This document shows positions 46,574 to 61,099 of a stretch of DNA of 64,000 bases, piece after piece. Under the pieces are notes generated by a model. That model worked only from the letters and a program-made list of their open reading frames with translations, ran no database searches and was not told the origin of the DNA. The DNA is from Octopus bimaculoides (Eukaryota). Numbering within the stretch: position 1 is the first letter of the stretch; every line of letters begins with the position of its first letter. A program made the translations under genes and the position numbers. The stretch lies in NCBI RefSeq assembly GCF_001194135.2, contig NC_068995.1, forward strand, positions 4,758,959-4,822,958. The letters run 5' to 3'.

Positions 46574-49309
46574 ACTGATACACACACACACGTATGTATG
46601 TATGTATGTATATATGCACACATACTCAAAAGCGTATAATTATTTATATAGAGGTGTATGTACCTTGTACATGCATGCATACAGACAGACAGACAGAGAC
46701 GCACGCACACCACACACACACCCGAACACAACCATATATGGTATGAACAAGGCCCACCTATCATAGCCTCATTTCTTCACAGAAACCCACCATCGTCTTC
46801 TCTCGTTAATTACTCGCTGCTGTTATCTCCATTACCGGCAACCATACTCTTTCTTAATCTGCCACACACTTTCAAACAAAGACACGCGTAACCCTGTTAT
46901 TGTTGGCTTCGTCTTCTTCTTCTTCAGTTTTGGATGGGTGAGGTGAGGGATGAAGGGCGAAGGGGTTCTGTTGCCTAGCAGAATAGAAGGGACTTCGTAT
47001 TCTCCCCTTTGTGAATATAGAAATATAAGATATATATACGGCTTGTTGGCACACACGCACACCCGATTATTCTAGAGTACATCTTCCTTCCCCCCTCTCT
47101 CTCCTTCTTTTACACACACGCACACACACACATACACACCGTGTTTTCCGGCATACAAATCAACCAAAATTTCACAGCCAAAAAAGTGGCTGGTTCGACT
47201 TATTCACCAAAACAAATTTGAAGACCAAAAATTCCATTTGTAATGCGGCACGGTTTAGAAAAATAGTGAATATGTGTGAATATTTTACACTGCAAGATTA
47301 TGCTATGTGCATATATATGCACCCTCGTATGTATATATACATGCACTGTGTACCGAGAATCAGAACTAAAATAGATTTAAATATTAGGAAAACATTGCTG
47401 TGTGATGAAAATATAAAAATGTAAATACATCCCCTTCTATAATTTTGATCTATACAGCGGAAGCATACAAGGAACGTGTTTACGTTCTCATAATTTTCTT
47501 CTTCTCAGTAAGACATTCTGAACACCAAACACACCCCCACGGCACTCTTTGGATATTTTCTGCTCCCTTCCGAGCTCACAACGTCTCTAGGAAGTGCTAT
47601 TACCCAGATTAAGGACGATTATTGTTGTTGCTGGCACTCCGTCGAGGGTTCCAGTTGATCCGATCAACGGAACAGCCTGCTCGTGAAGTTAACGTGCCAG
47701 TGGCTGAGCACTCCATAGACACGTGTACCCTTAACGTAGTTCTCGGGGATATTCAACGTGACACAATGTGACAAGGCTGACCCTTTGAATTACAGGCACA
47801 ACAAAAACAGGAAGAAAGAGTGAGAGAAAGTTGTGGTGGAAGAGTACAGCAGGGTTCACCACCATCCCCTGCCGGAGCCTCGTGGAGCTCTTAGGTGTTT
47901 TCGCTCAATAAACACTCACAACGCCCGGTCTGGGAATCGAAACCGCGAGTCCGCTGCCCTAACCACTGGGCCATTGCGCCTCCACTAAGGACGATTAATA
48001 CTGACAGAAATACACTAAAGAGGTTCGATGTATTAGTCTCCGTTTACCTGGTCTCACTCTCTCATAAACCCCTCTCTCTTTCTCTCTCATACATCCCCTC
48101 TCTCTCTCCTCGCACACACACACATATATATATAATCTAATTTTCCATTATTGATGGGATTAGCAAAAACGCAATCCATCCTGTAAGAGATAAACTACCA
48201 TTTAATACAAACAGGATTTAAATTCGAGCTACTATTAGTTTCATGCTAGAAGATACTTAATCTGCGAAGTTTGTATAGCGTGTTGCATGTTTCCAAGCAA
48301 TCTTTCAGACTCAAACATACAAAATAGTTAGCCTTCCTTAAAAAAGAAGAAAAAGGAAGCGTGTCCTTGGGAAAACACGTGACAGGATGAGAGGAATGTA
48401 AAAACTAAGTGGAATAATTAAAAAGAAAAAATGAAAAGAGTTGCATCCCTTCAGCGTGTTCGAATCATAATAAACATGGTGCAAATTAATTCAATGGGGA
48501 AAAGGTCAAAGTCTGTGAGACTGCATGCTTAATACAGATAAGATAGTGTCCGCCAGTTCAACAAAAGAAATTTGTCCATATGTTTACATTTAATAAAAAT
48601 TTCAGATCTGGAATCAGTGAAGTTCTTAGATCTAAAAAGATTGACAAAGCCTGCATTTATTTGATCTATTAACATATGGCATGGATCACTCCAAGGTGTT
48701 CCACTTTATTGTGTGGTGTCCAGTTGGCCTTAATTTAATTTTTTTTTTCTCATTCCGCTTTTTTTCTCTTCTTGTCCTTTTTCCTGTTTTCTCAAGGCCA
48801 GCGGCCTTACTCGCCCCCCCCCCCGAAAGACCAGGATCCTGTTAAATTTTGCTTTTCCTTTCAAAAATAACCGACCAATGTGTTGATTGATTGTCTGATG
48901 GATTGCTTGGAAACACACAAGCTATACAAACTTGTAAGGTTATTGTGTTTTTACAGCATAAAGCTATATCGAATTTAAACCACACACACACACATTCCTT
49001 TTCGGAATATCTCGAAGCACACACATAGAGCTATAAATAACAGCATGCAAATATTTTGTCAAAAAATCCTTTTGGAGAGAGAAAGCTTGAAGTCTGCCTT
49101 CGACATTTCCCATCCAAGATTTAAATGCTATTATATACACCTTTGTGTGTGTGTGCTTTGAGAATTCCAATAATAAAAGGAAGTTTATAAAATTATGACG
49201 TCAACAATATATCTAAATACACACACACACACACATACACATACACACATTAATAGGTTGTACTACTTTGGTGCAAAAGCCAGGCATTGCCGGATACCGT
49301 TGCTAATTG

Positions 49310-49342
<33 letters not shown>

Positions 49343-49779
49343 TTCATAAATATGAGTGTAAGTGTATTTGTATATATGTGAATGTGTGTGCGTGTTCCTT
49401 TTGTCTTTTATCTCCATTGTTTATTTTTATATCCATGTCTTACGTTTATCAATTGTTTTTACGTTCCTGTCTTTTTATTATCAGAATACCGGATGATGGC
49501 GGTGGCGGTGGCAGTGGGGATGGTGACGATGGCAGTGGTGGTGGTGCGTCTTATGGGGGGAGGATAGGTGGGTTTCGTGTTGTTACTGTTGTTGGTTTTG
49601 GTAGTGATGTTACCGGTAGTGGGATGGCGGAAGTTCTTGTGAGGATGCTAGGCTCTGGTGGTGGTATTTGACATGTAGATGTGAGGGGTAAATTACAAAT
49701 GCATTCGATATATTTGTGAGTGGAAATATTGTAAATTCATTGGTTACATGTTTCGCAGACCGACATTTTAGATGTGTGT

Positions 49780-49917
49780 GTGCATGTGTAAGAGAGAGTG
49801 TGTGTGTGTACATGCATGAGATGAGTGTATGAGGAGAGAGTGTGTATGTGTGTGTGTGTGAGAGAGTATGTATGAGGGGGATGCGTGTGTGCGAGAGCGA
49901 GGCAGAAAGAGTATTAT

Positions 49918-49995
<78 letters not shown>

Positions 49996-50000
49996 AAGTG
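49780..50000. repeat. (GA)n/(GT)n microsatellite
   Basis: Long AG run. Comparable (TA)n, (CA)n and (GA)n runs at 760-820, 4640-4720, 4860-5130, 50430-50520, 56650-57270, 58960-59790 and 60360-60530. Confidence 0.95.
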
Positions 50001-50437
50001 TGCGCGCGTTTGTAATGGCTCACATACGGATGTTTTAGTTATGTATATGTCTAAAGTTTTCTCTGGTAAACCGAGACCAAATCTCCCCTTTCGTCTTGTG
50101 TGATACTGGCACCATGAACCTTTGCAATGTACACAAAGGGATGAGATTTCTCTCACTTTCGTCTTTTTATTTTAACAATTTTTGTAAACATTCATTCGCA
50201 ACCCACGCATTCTCAATCTTCATTTGCATAACACTCTATCAATCTGTTGGCTGTCTGTCTATCTAGCTATCTATCTATGTATCTATCTATGTATCTATCT
50301 ATCTATTCTCGAGCCGACCAAAGCCTTGTGAATAGATTTGGTAGACGGAAACTGAAAGAAACCCGTCGTATATATGTCTATATATATATGTATGTGTGTC
50401 GTATATATACTAAATCTATTCACTCGTGTGTATATAA

Positions 50438-50524
<87 letters not shown>

Positions 50525-51666
50525 TACGAGTGAGTAGACAAATGAAAGAAGGACGCTCAACCAATTTATTGGGAGTTACATGTATGGGTCAAATCAGTTT
50601 GATTCGACCTCCTTGGTACTCTGAGTTTCAAGCACGTGGCTAGTCTTCGGCCATTGGAGTCTGAATGAGAGTTCGATTGAAGGGGGTCAATGTTTTATTA
50701 CTAGACGTTGATGCAAACACGAAAATATATGGGCATGTACATGTACATATATACATATATACCCCCGTATCTACCGCGAAATGCCTAGCGGTATTTCGTC
50801 TGTCTTTATGTTCTGAATTCAAATTCTGCCGAGGTCGACTTTGCCTTTCATCCTTTCGGGGGTCGATTAAATAAGCACCAGTTATGCACTGGGGTCGATG
50901 TAATCGACCGAATCCCTTTGTCTGTCCTTGTTTCTCCCCTCTATGTTTAGCCCCATGCGGGCAATAAAAATTTTTTTTTAAATAATAATGATAATAGTCA
51001 AGACGAAGAGCGCGATTCGATTGTAATCGATATTTTATTGGTTGAACGATATTTCAACAGTAAGTCTGTCTTTGTCAANNNNNNNNNNNNNNNNNNNNNN
51101 NNNNNNNNNNNNNNNNNNNNNNNNNNNNNNNNNNNNNNNNNNNNNNNNNNNNNNNNNNNNNNNNNNNNNNNNNNNNNNNNNNNNNNNNNNNNNNNNNNNN
51201 NNNNNNNNNNNNNNNNNNNNNNNNNNNNNNNNNNNNNNNNNNNNNNNNNNNNNNNNNNNNNNNNNNNNNNNNNNNNNNNNNNNNNNNNNNNNNNNNNNNN
51301 NNNNNNNNNNNNNNNNNNNNNNNNNNNNNNNNNNNNNNNNNNNNNNNNNNNNNNNNNNNNNNNNNNNNNNNNNNNNNNNNNNNNNNNNNNNNNNNNNNNN
51401 NNNNNNNNNNNNNNNNNNNNNNNNNNNNNNNNNNNNNNNNNNNNNNNNNNNNNNNNNNNNNNNNNNNNNNNNNNNNNNNNNNNNNNNNNNNNNNNNNNNN
51501 NNNNNNNNNNNNNNNNNNNNNNNNNNNNNNNNNNNNNNNNNNNNNNNNNNNNNNNNNNNNNNNNNNNNNNNNNNNNNNNNNNNNNNNNNNNNNNNNNNNN
51601 NNNNNNNNNNNNNNNNNNNNNNNNNNNNNNNNNNNNNNNNNNNNNNNNCTTTTTTTTTTTTTTTTA

Positions 51667-51699
<33 letters not shown>

Positions 51700-52949
51700 C
51701 CCTTTCACAAAATGAAATGAATGAGAAAGAGGAAGAGAAAACAAACAACTAAAAACTGGAAAGACTGAACCGGATGTTAATGGCGACTACAAGAAACGGA
51801 AAGAAAAATGATATCGTAGAAAGCTTGTAATTGTTTGAAGGGGAATTGACATCTTAAGTTACTGTTGTAAAGACTGAGGCTGGTAGATGGCAGTAGACTC
51901 GGTGGAGCATCGGATAGAATGGCTCGTGTAATATTTAATTGTGTCACGTTCGGTGTTTTAGCCAACCGAGGGTTAACTTCGATTTTCATTTTCCTGGGGG
52001 TCGATACAATTGAACAACTGGTACCAGTCCTTCTATTACTGTGGCCATGCTGGGGTACCGCTAAACAAATGACTCTCCCACTGAGGGCCTCCGGCCCGTG
52101 ATCCCCACATCACTTCACGAGAACCGATAGAATAAGTACTAGGCTTCCAAAAGGAATAAGTCCTGGGGTCGATTTGCTCTCGACTAAAAGGCAGTGCTCC
52201 AGCATGGCCGCTGTCAAATGACTGAAACAAGTAAAAGAGTAAAGAGAGTAAGAGTAGACGCAGGGAAAGTGACGCCATGCATACGATTTATTTTGGAGGA
52301 AGCTGTGGCAGTTATGGATGATTGCCTAACATTTCTGATCGTATGTGATCGATCATATGAAGCGTAAGTGTAAAAAGAAATTGTTAGACGTGATGCTTCA
52401 TAATTAGGATCGAATATAAATTTATAATTTAAATCCCCGAAGGACTTTTAGCGCAACAAAACCCACAGATAAAACGAATATTATCTTAAGAAATATCGAG
52501 TCAGAAGAATTGAAATTTAAATGTTAAGTTTGAGGGGACAATTAATTCAATACCGTTGTATAATAATCTCGAAGCCCTTAATTTGAGATTGCATTTATTG
52601 TGACTGCAGCATCTGTGGGTTACTTGGATATTCTTTCAAGAGATCTAGGTTCCCCAGGGAATTCCTCGGTTGCGCCAGTTATGTAATCTTTTGTTATGTG
52701 CTGCTGTTTCCTGAGAGTGTAGTGGCGGTGATGGGGGACGCTGAACGATTTCAGGTTGGTTTGAAAAGGATTTGACAATTGCACACCTTTACCCAACGGC
52801 TTTTATATTTATATCGACGTCATGTTTGACAAAACAACTTTAAAGCTATTATGAAGGACAGACAACTCACGCAGTAGTAAAAAGATACAAGGTTCCGTCT
52901 ATGAGTCCTGGGCTAATCATTGCTAAATACTTTAACATCATTGATTTAA

Positions 52950-53170
52950 CCCTTTCGTTACCAACCTGGCTGAAACCGGCTCTGGCTCTGAGTACAAATG
53001 TCTTGTTTTCATAAGTTTTGAATTAAAATCTTCCACCAAATCTTAGTCACAATTTATGTTCCTAACACTAGCTGAATGATAACTAAGTTATTTTACTCAA
53101 TTCTTTGTTATATTTAAAATTAATTGAAAGAAACACAGAGCATCTCAAAAGAAACATAGTAACGAAAGGG
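52950..53170. mobile_element. piggyBac-type MITE, 221 bp, TTAA TSD
   Basis: TTAA|CCCTTTCGTTAC ... GTAACGAAAGGG|TTAA. Confidence 0.9.
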
Positions 53171-53639
53171 TTAAAAGCGATTTCCTACAGAACGATTAAC
53201 TTTAGACAAAAACGGTCCTGTCTGTGCCTTCCACTAGATACAAGGAAATCATTTATTCCAAAAGATACGGGAGAAGCTGTGCTACCGGACAAAATAATTC
53301 ACGTAGAGTTAAACCGGCCAAGGACCACGTTTCGCTCAGCTCTTATGATACAGACAATTGCACGGTATGTAAAAAAAAAAGAACAAAAAATCTTATCATG
53401 ACAGCAGAGTTCTGGTTTGTATTTGATTTAAATAGTAACCCGCTGTTAGTTGAGTTCGTAGTCTGAAGGATAAGATAGAACTTGGCCCCTGATTAGTGCG
53501 CAACATGCCACACATTCACACATACACAGACAGAGACAAGCATATATGTAGATGTATAATATTCATGTGTGTGTATAGATGTATGTGTATGCATATGTGT
53601 GTGTATATATATATGTATATATATATTTATTTATTTATT

Positions 53640-53720
53640 AGTACTCATACGCACCATTATGCATATGTATAAATGTGTGCGTATGCACACACATACACAC
53701 ACACGAAATGTGTGTACACA

Positions 53721-53765
<45 letters not shown>

Positions 53766-53890
53766 TTAAAAGTACTTGTACGCACCATTATGCATGCAAG
53801 TGTGTGCGTGCGCAGGCACACACATACATACATACACACACACATATATATATACACATGTACGCACAAAGTGTGTGTACACATGCATTC
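53640..53890. repeat. Tandem duplicate (about 130-bp unit) of a TA/CA-rich element
   Basis: tacgcaccattatgcat...gtgtgtacaca(t)gcat occurs twice. Confidence 0.7.
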
Positions 53891-56042
53891 TTATTCCTTC
53901 GACGCCACGGATGAGTGAGGCGTCAAAGACATCCGCTGCCTTATAAAGCCATGACAACACCACCACCCTCCTCACCACCACCCTCCTCACCACCACCCTC
54001 CTCACCACCACCCTCGTCATTACCACCAACACCAAAACAAAAATCCTCCGGTGGGAGGGGGTTCTTTTCTTTTTTTCCTCTCCCCNNNNNNNNNNNNNNN
54101 NNNNNNNNNNNNNNNNNNNNNNNNNNNNNNNNNNNNNNNNNNNNNNNNNNNNNNNNNNNNNNNNNNNNNNNNNNNNNNNNNNNNNNNNNNNNNNNNNNNN
54201 NNNNNNNNNNNNNNNNNNNNNNNNNNNNNNNNNNNNNNNNNNNNNNNNNNNNNNNNNNNNNNNNNNNNNNNNNNNNNNNNNNNNNNNNNNNNNNNNNNNN
54301 NNNNNNNNNNNNNNNNNNNNNNNNNNNNNNNNNNNNNNNNNNNNNNNNNNNNNNNNNNNNNNNNNNNNNNNNNNNNNNNNNNNNNTCCATTGTTCCATAA
54401 CCATTTCCTTTCTTCTTCTTTTATCATTGTTGTTGTTGATGTTGTTACGTTGTTTGTTGCTGTTTTAACCCCCGGCCGTTCCTAATCAAACAGACCAGAC
54501 AGACGTGAGATCAAAGGCGTTCCAGTCATGACCATCGTCCCTTTTTCTTTTCTTTCTTTCTTTTTTTTTCTTTTGTCAAGTTTCGTCTGGTACTCCGTCG
54601 CTTACGACTACGAGCGTTCCAGCTGATCCAATCATCGGAATAGGTTGAGCACTCCACAGACACGCCGGGAATTTCAGCGTGACGCAGAATGGGGAAAAAG
54701 GCTGACCCGTTTGAATTACAGGTACAGCTCATTTTTGCCAACCGAGTAGGCTTTAGCAACGTAAAATAAAGGGTCTTGCTCAAGGACACAACGCGCCGTC
54801 GTGAATCGAACTCACGACCTTATGTCAGTGAACGGATTACCCTAACCACTAAGCCACGCTCCTTCAATAAGCCTCGTCTACTTTGGACTACAATATCCAT
54901 TGTAGTACCGGGCAGGTGTTTGTTATTCCTACCTGGGGGATTATCGTCCCACAACATTTTTTAAAGATAGCAATAAATGATTTGAAGGAGATTTAGTTGC
55001 TGTTTCTAGCAACTCGACAAAACACTTCAGGGACCGCTTCGTCGTCGTCGTCGTTTTTACCGTACTTATTCTTTTCTACTTTAGGCACAAGGCCCGAAAT
55101 TTTGGGGGAGGGGCCCACTCGATTAGATCGACCCCAGTATGCAACTGGTACTTATTTTATCGAAGCCGAGAAGATGAAAGGCTAAGTCGACCTCGGCGGA
55201 ATTTGAACTCAGAACGTAAAGACAAACGAAACGTCGCTAACGTTTCTGCCAGTTCGCCGCTTCTCTTTACCGAGCGGTTATTGTTGTTTCGACGCCATGT
55301 TTTTGTTGTTCCTGCAGTTCAGTTCCTTTTTACACCTGAACGAACAAACATACCTATAATCGAAGGCGTTCTAGCTGTGACCATCTTGTCTGCTTAGCAA
55401 CTGTAAGCATATATAAACAACAGAATGTGATCTGAGGGATATCTGGCCGCTATTTCTAGGATGTAAAATAACTCCGAAGAAGTTCACCCTATTCTTTCGT
55501 TGTTGTTGTTTATGCTGCTGCTACTACTGCTGCTGCCACTATTGTTATTTATTTATTTATGTTGTTGTTGTTGCTTATGCAGTCAATGTCACTGTTTATG
55601 TTGCTTTCCATGCAACAATATCAAAATAAATAATGCTTTTGTTATATATATTTTTGTTTACTACTAATAATACATTTTATTGTTTTTAGTTTTTTGTTTA
55701 TTTACAATGGGGAGGGAAGGGCGTTCAAGTGTTTGTTTTTCCTGTGTAATATGTTAATTTTTTTTCTTTTTCTGAAATACCTATCTTTCGTAGAGGTGGG
55801 TAGTTACGAGGTTACCGCTGTTAAACAACTAAATCTTAAATACAGAATACACTTACACACAATACATTTGTTAAATACTTGGAAGAAAGACACTGCTTTT
55901 ACCCTGTTACAGGATTCTTCAGAAACTCATATTTTAAATCTATAGCGCTGGAATGTAAATTACACACTCACTCCCCCCCTCTCTCTCTCTCTCTCTCTCA
56001 CTAACACATATATGCATACACATACGAAGAACTCAACAAAAA

Positions 56043-56183
56043 CCTAAATCTAAAGATGAATTGTTTCGATTGTTGCGCGAAAAGTGGACAGAAATTCTAC
56101 AAGAGACAATCACAAAGCTCATCAGTTCAATGCCAAAAAGAGTTTCTGAATTAAAAACAGCAAAGGGAATGTCAACTAAATAG
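56043..56183 (+). mobile_element. Tc1-like transposase C-terminal fragment
   Basis: PKSKDELFRLLREKWTEILQETITKLISSMPKRVSELKTAKGMSTK* matches the Tc1 ending LIESMPRR...KAKGG.TKY. Confidence 0.8.
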
Positions 56184-56653
56184 TAAAGTATGTAGTCCTA
56201 CCTATCGATTACATTTCAATTGTTCGCTTTGCGTATTAAATAAAAGATTTTGAAAATTAAAGGTGTCTATTTACTTCCTGCATGTCTGTATATATATATA
56301 TATACATTATATANNNNNNNNNNNNNNNNNNNNNNNNNNNNNNNNNNNNNNNNNNNNNNNNNNNNNNNNNNNNNNNNNNNNNNNNNNNNNNNNNNNNNNN
56401 NNNNNNNNNNNNNNNNNNNNNNNNNNNNNNNNNNNNNNNNNACACGACGATTTTATTTCAGTTTCCGACAACCTAATCCACTCACAAGGCTTTGGTCGGC
56501 CCGACTTGCTCCAGGTACCACGCAGTAAGACTGAACCCGGAACAATGTGGTTGGGAAGCAAGCTTTTTAACCTGGCACCCTTAATTGGTTGAAACCACAC
56601 GTTTCCATGCTCACTTGTTACTCGTTTCGTCAGTCGGCCACTACACACACACA

Positions 56654-56709
<56 letters not shown>

Positions 56710-57231
56710 TACACACATACACATTTCAACCCGTTACCATTTTCTGTACTTCCTCACACGAACACTTTTTCGGCAGAATAAAGATGTTTGCTTTTGTTCA
56801 GTGTGAGTGAGTGTGAGTGCGTGTGCATCTCTCTCTCAGTCTCTCTCTCACTCTCCTCTCTCTCTCACTCTCCTCTCTCTCTCACTCACACACACCATGC
56901 ATTCATTAGTGAGAGAGGAATTGTGGAAATGATAACTCAAGATGACGACAGTTGGTCTTAGTATTATGTCTGGGATATATCATCAGAGAGAGAGAGAGAG
57001 AGAGAAAGAGTGTGTGTGTGTATAGATGACAAAGAGTGTGGGCGGGAAAAAGAATAAAGGAGAGAGTGAAAGAGAGAGAGACAGAGAGAACATTGGAAAG
57101 AGAAAGGAGAGACAAACGCGGAGATGGAGATATAAAAAGATAGGGAGAAAGCGAGAGAGAGAGAGTGAGAGATATAAAGCAAAGGATTGAGGAAGGAAGA
57201 CCCAAATAGATACAGATGAAGGAAATAAAGG

Positions 57232-57266
<35 letters not shown>

Positions 57267-57759
57267 CGAGCGCCATTGTTATTCAAACAAAAACAGATCT
57301 TCATGGTGTGACATGTTTATCGTTTGGTATCTAATATCAACCTAGCTTTTTGTTTGTTGGCTTTTCTGCATCCCCACCTCTTCCCCTTCTCACTTCCCCA
57401 GACCGCTACACGTTTCTTTAAACGCCAAAGACGGAAGTCCATAAGTTATCCGCCATTTTGTTTGCTTTCTTCCTATTTGATGCAGTTATTTTTTTTTTCC
57501 GCCGCTCTTTACACCATTTTCTGTTTTTGTTTCTTGACTTTTCACTTCGTGGTTAAGTAGGATGGTTTGATGGTTTGTAAAAGGATGTTGACGTTGTTGT
57601 TTTTGCTATTGTTGTTGTTATATGTTGGCGGTGAGTGGTTGATTATGATAGATTGTGTAAATAGTCCATGGTTGGGATTAAAAACATGGTAACGAGGTGT
57701 CGGCTGTTCCTGACATTTACTAAACACCCGAGTTTCTTTCTTTCTTTCTTCCTTTCTTT

Positions 57760-57791
<32 letters not shown>

Positions 57792-57932
57792 NNNNNNNNN
57801 NNNNNNNNNNNNNNNNNNNNNNNNNNNNNNNNNNNNNNNAACGAGATGTGACTTCTAAATTATCTACGCTTAAGTTATTCAAGACAATGAACACCCTAAC
57901 TGTCTCCTCTCCGCCTAAACAAATACTGGCCT

Positions 57933-57970
<38 letters not shown>

Positions 57971-58299
57971 CTCTGTCTTTTACTTGTTCCAGTCATTAGA
58001 CTGCGGCCATACTGGGGTACTGCTTTGAAGAATTTTTAGTTGAACGAATCGACACCAGTACTTATTTTTGTAAATCTTGGTGTTTATTCTAACGATCTCT
58101 TTTGCCGAACCGCTACGTAAATACAACACTGGTTATCAAGGTGTGATGGAGGACACACACACACATGGTCTCAGGATAAAACCGCTTTCCCTACTTAACA
58201 ATACTTTTGAGCGGATATATCTACTTTCTGCATTCAAAGGGTTAAGGATAGCACTGTCTATAAAAAATACTCAGTGTTTTACTGTATAAGACTCTAAGT

Positions 58300-58597
58300 C
58301 AGTGGCTCTCAACCGGGGTTCATATAACCCCTGGGGGTCTATATAAGATTTTTGAAGGTCCACGCTAGCAAAATAGATCCCCAGCAGCATTTTAAGGGTC
58401 CATGAAAAGTTTGATTTAAATGTAATGCAAGAAACAGATTAATTTCTTTCTGTAACATTTTACGTAATTCAACCTTGGAATTTTGAAAGAAGTATCAATG
58501 AAATTAGTTTCTAAATATTGAATGGTTATGGGGAGTCTACCAGAATTAAATAGTAATCAAAAAGGTCCAGAGATAACAAAATAGTTGTGAACCACAG
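58300..58597. mobile_element. hAT (Charlie-like) MITE, 298 bp, 8-bp TSD CTCTAAGT
   Basis: CAGTGGCTCTCAAC ... GTTGTGAACCACAG. TSD at 58292-58299 and 58598-58605. Confidence 0.9.
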
Positions 58598-58978
58598 CTC
58601 TAAGTAGATAATTGAACGCTCAAACAACTACACTGTTTCCGAGTTACTTATCTAAGAAAGTATGACAGCCACCACATCGGCAGAGACAGTTATATAACCA
58701 AGTACTTCAAATCACCTTAGTTAGACATCTAAAGTCCGTCTGTTTTCAGAATCAGAAAATTTCTCATTAATTTGCCACGCACGTCTTGCTCTCAATTTAT
58801 TTTTGACGTAACAGTAATATGTCTACTGGATATCTATCATTTGCCTGGCATTTATCGTCTGCTGGACATTTAACGTCTGCTACTGTGTAAAGAGCGTGTT
58901 TAGATGGTGTGAAACAGCAAAATGTCCATCACACACTCGCAGAGTCTTGTATAGCGTTGTGTGTGTGTGAGTGACATT

Positions 58979-59009
<31 letters not shown>

Positions 59010-59335
59010 TTATTTATATATACACACACACATATATATATGCATATATATACACATACATATATATATACACACACACATATATGAATGTGTATGTGTA
59101 ATGTATACATATGTATCTGTCTATATATCTGTATACATATGCATATTGATATATATACTTCATTATTAAAGCTGAAAAAATACCACAAAAGCTGCTACTC
59201 AGAGTTTCACGCCCCCTCTCGTCGGGCAGTTGAGATCTAGAATGGATATATGTATATATAGCGTCTACATAAGTTGTATGTATGAATATATATTTATATG
59301 TACGCCCGTATATGTGTACACATTCATACATACAT

Positions 59336-59390
<55 letters not shown>

Positions 59391-60409
59391 NNNNNNNNNN
59401 NNNNNNNNNNNNNNNNNNNNNNNNNNNNNNNNNNNNNNNNNNNNNNNNNNNNNNNNNNNNNNNNNNNNNNNNNNNNNNNNNNNNNNNNNNNNNNNNNNNN
59501 NNNNNNNNNNNNNNNNNNNNNNNNNNNNNNNNNNNNNNNNNNNNNNNNNNNNNNNNNNNNNNNNNNNNNNNNNNNNNNNNNNNNNNNNNNNNNNNNNNNN
59601 NNNNNNNNNNNNNNNNNNNNNNNNNNNNNNNNNNNNNNNNNNNNNNNNNNNNNNNNNNNNNNNNNNNNNNNNNNNNNNNNNNNNNNNNNNNNNNNNNNNN
59701 NNNNNNNNNNNNNNNNNNNNNNNNNNNNNNNNNNNNNNNNNNNNNNNNNNNNNNNNNNNNNNNNNNNNNNNTATATATATATATATATATGAGATTATAA
59801 AATGACAAAGAGAACAAGTAATTATGTAATGAACTTCATTAGCTCACAGATGTTTCTACTATTAGATGCAATGATCTTATAGTTGAGTGCTTTGTCGGAG
59901 CGTCAAAAACATGATTGCCAAAGAAACGGGTTGCTTGGAATGTCATATAAGAACCTTATATACAGCAATAAGGTGTTCACTCTGTGATATGTGGTCGCTT
60001 GATCTGCCAAGAAATAACAGCTAAATCTACCTCAAATTGTACTCTGAATTCTATAACGAAGAATATATTGAAAAATAGAGGAATCTGGGTTCATTATACT
60101 TAAAACAAAGTATAATGGCATTGATCATAAATTTTCTGCTGGATCTGGGTTAACCGAGTGTTAAACACCAGCAAAAGTGCGTTTAATTGGCCAAGTAATT
60201 TGAATTACGACATTAAAAACCAATCGTGGAAATAAAGAATTAAATAAATAAATATGTAAATTAAAAAAAAGCAAACAGACAACGTTTGATATTGCAAAAC
60301 AAGCGGTGATTTGAAAATATTTGACCTTTGAACGCAAAGGTTAAAACACACATATACTCACTCACTCACTCGCACGCACGCACACATATATATATATATA
60401 TATATGTGA

Positions 60410-60495
<86 letters not shown>

Positions 60496-61099
60496 AAGAG
60501 GGAGAGAGAAAGAGAGAGAGAGAGAGAGAGATCTGCAATACTAATAATCTAATAGTCATAAACGCAATGTTGGCTTGTATCTCTCCAACAATCAGTGTAG
60601 CGAGAGCAATAAACATCGCACTCTGACCAATCCAGCCTTGGTCACCACCAGAATCTATGGACTTAGGTGAATGAACCGGACGGTAGATAGGATGCAATAA
60701 CCTCCAGACAGTCACACCTTACCTCCAGACAATTCACCACTGCATGTTGTATGCAGTATGCAGCTAGAAAGAGACATATCATGAAAGAGTAGCAGAGACG
60801 AAGTGTAAGAGAGTACTTTTTTGGTCAACGAACCTATCAGTTATAGAACTTCCTGGACAAGGAGGAACCAGGGACCGCATAGCAACAACAACAACAACTG
60901 CAATTCGACTTATGAGTTAAAAGGGAGGCATCTATAGGGTAAATCTGTTTGAAATAGTAACCAAATCTCCCTCAAATTACTGTCTTAAAAATAGGAAGAG
61001 CATTCAATAATGTAATCTGCATTACACTTCTTGAAAACGGGGGGGATGGTCTCGGTTGGCACAACTGATCGCTCAGATCTGATCTGAGACTAAACAACA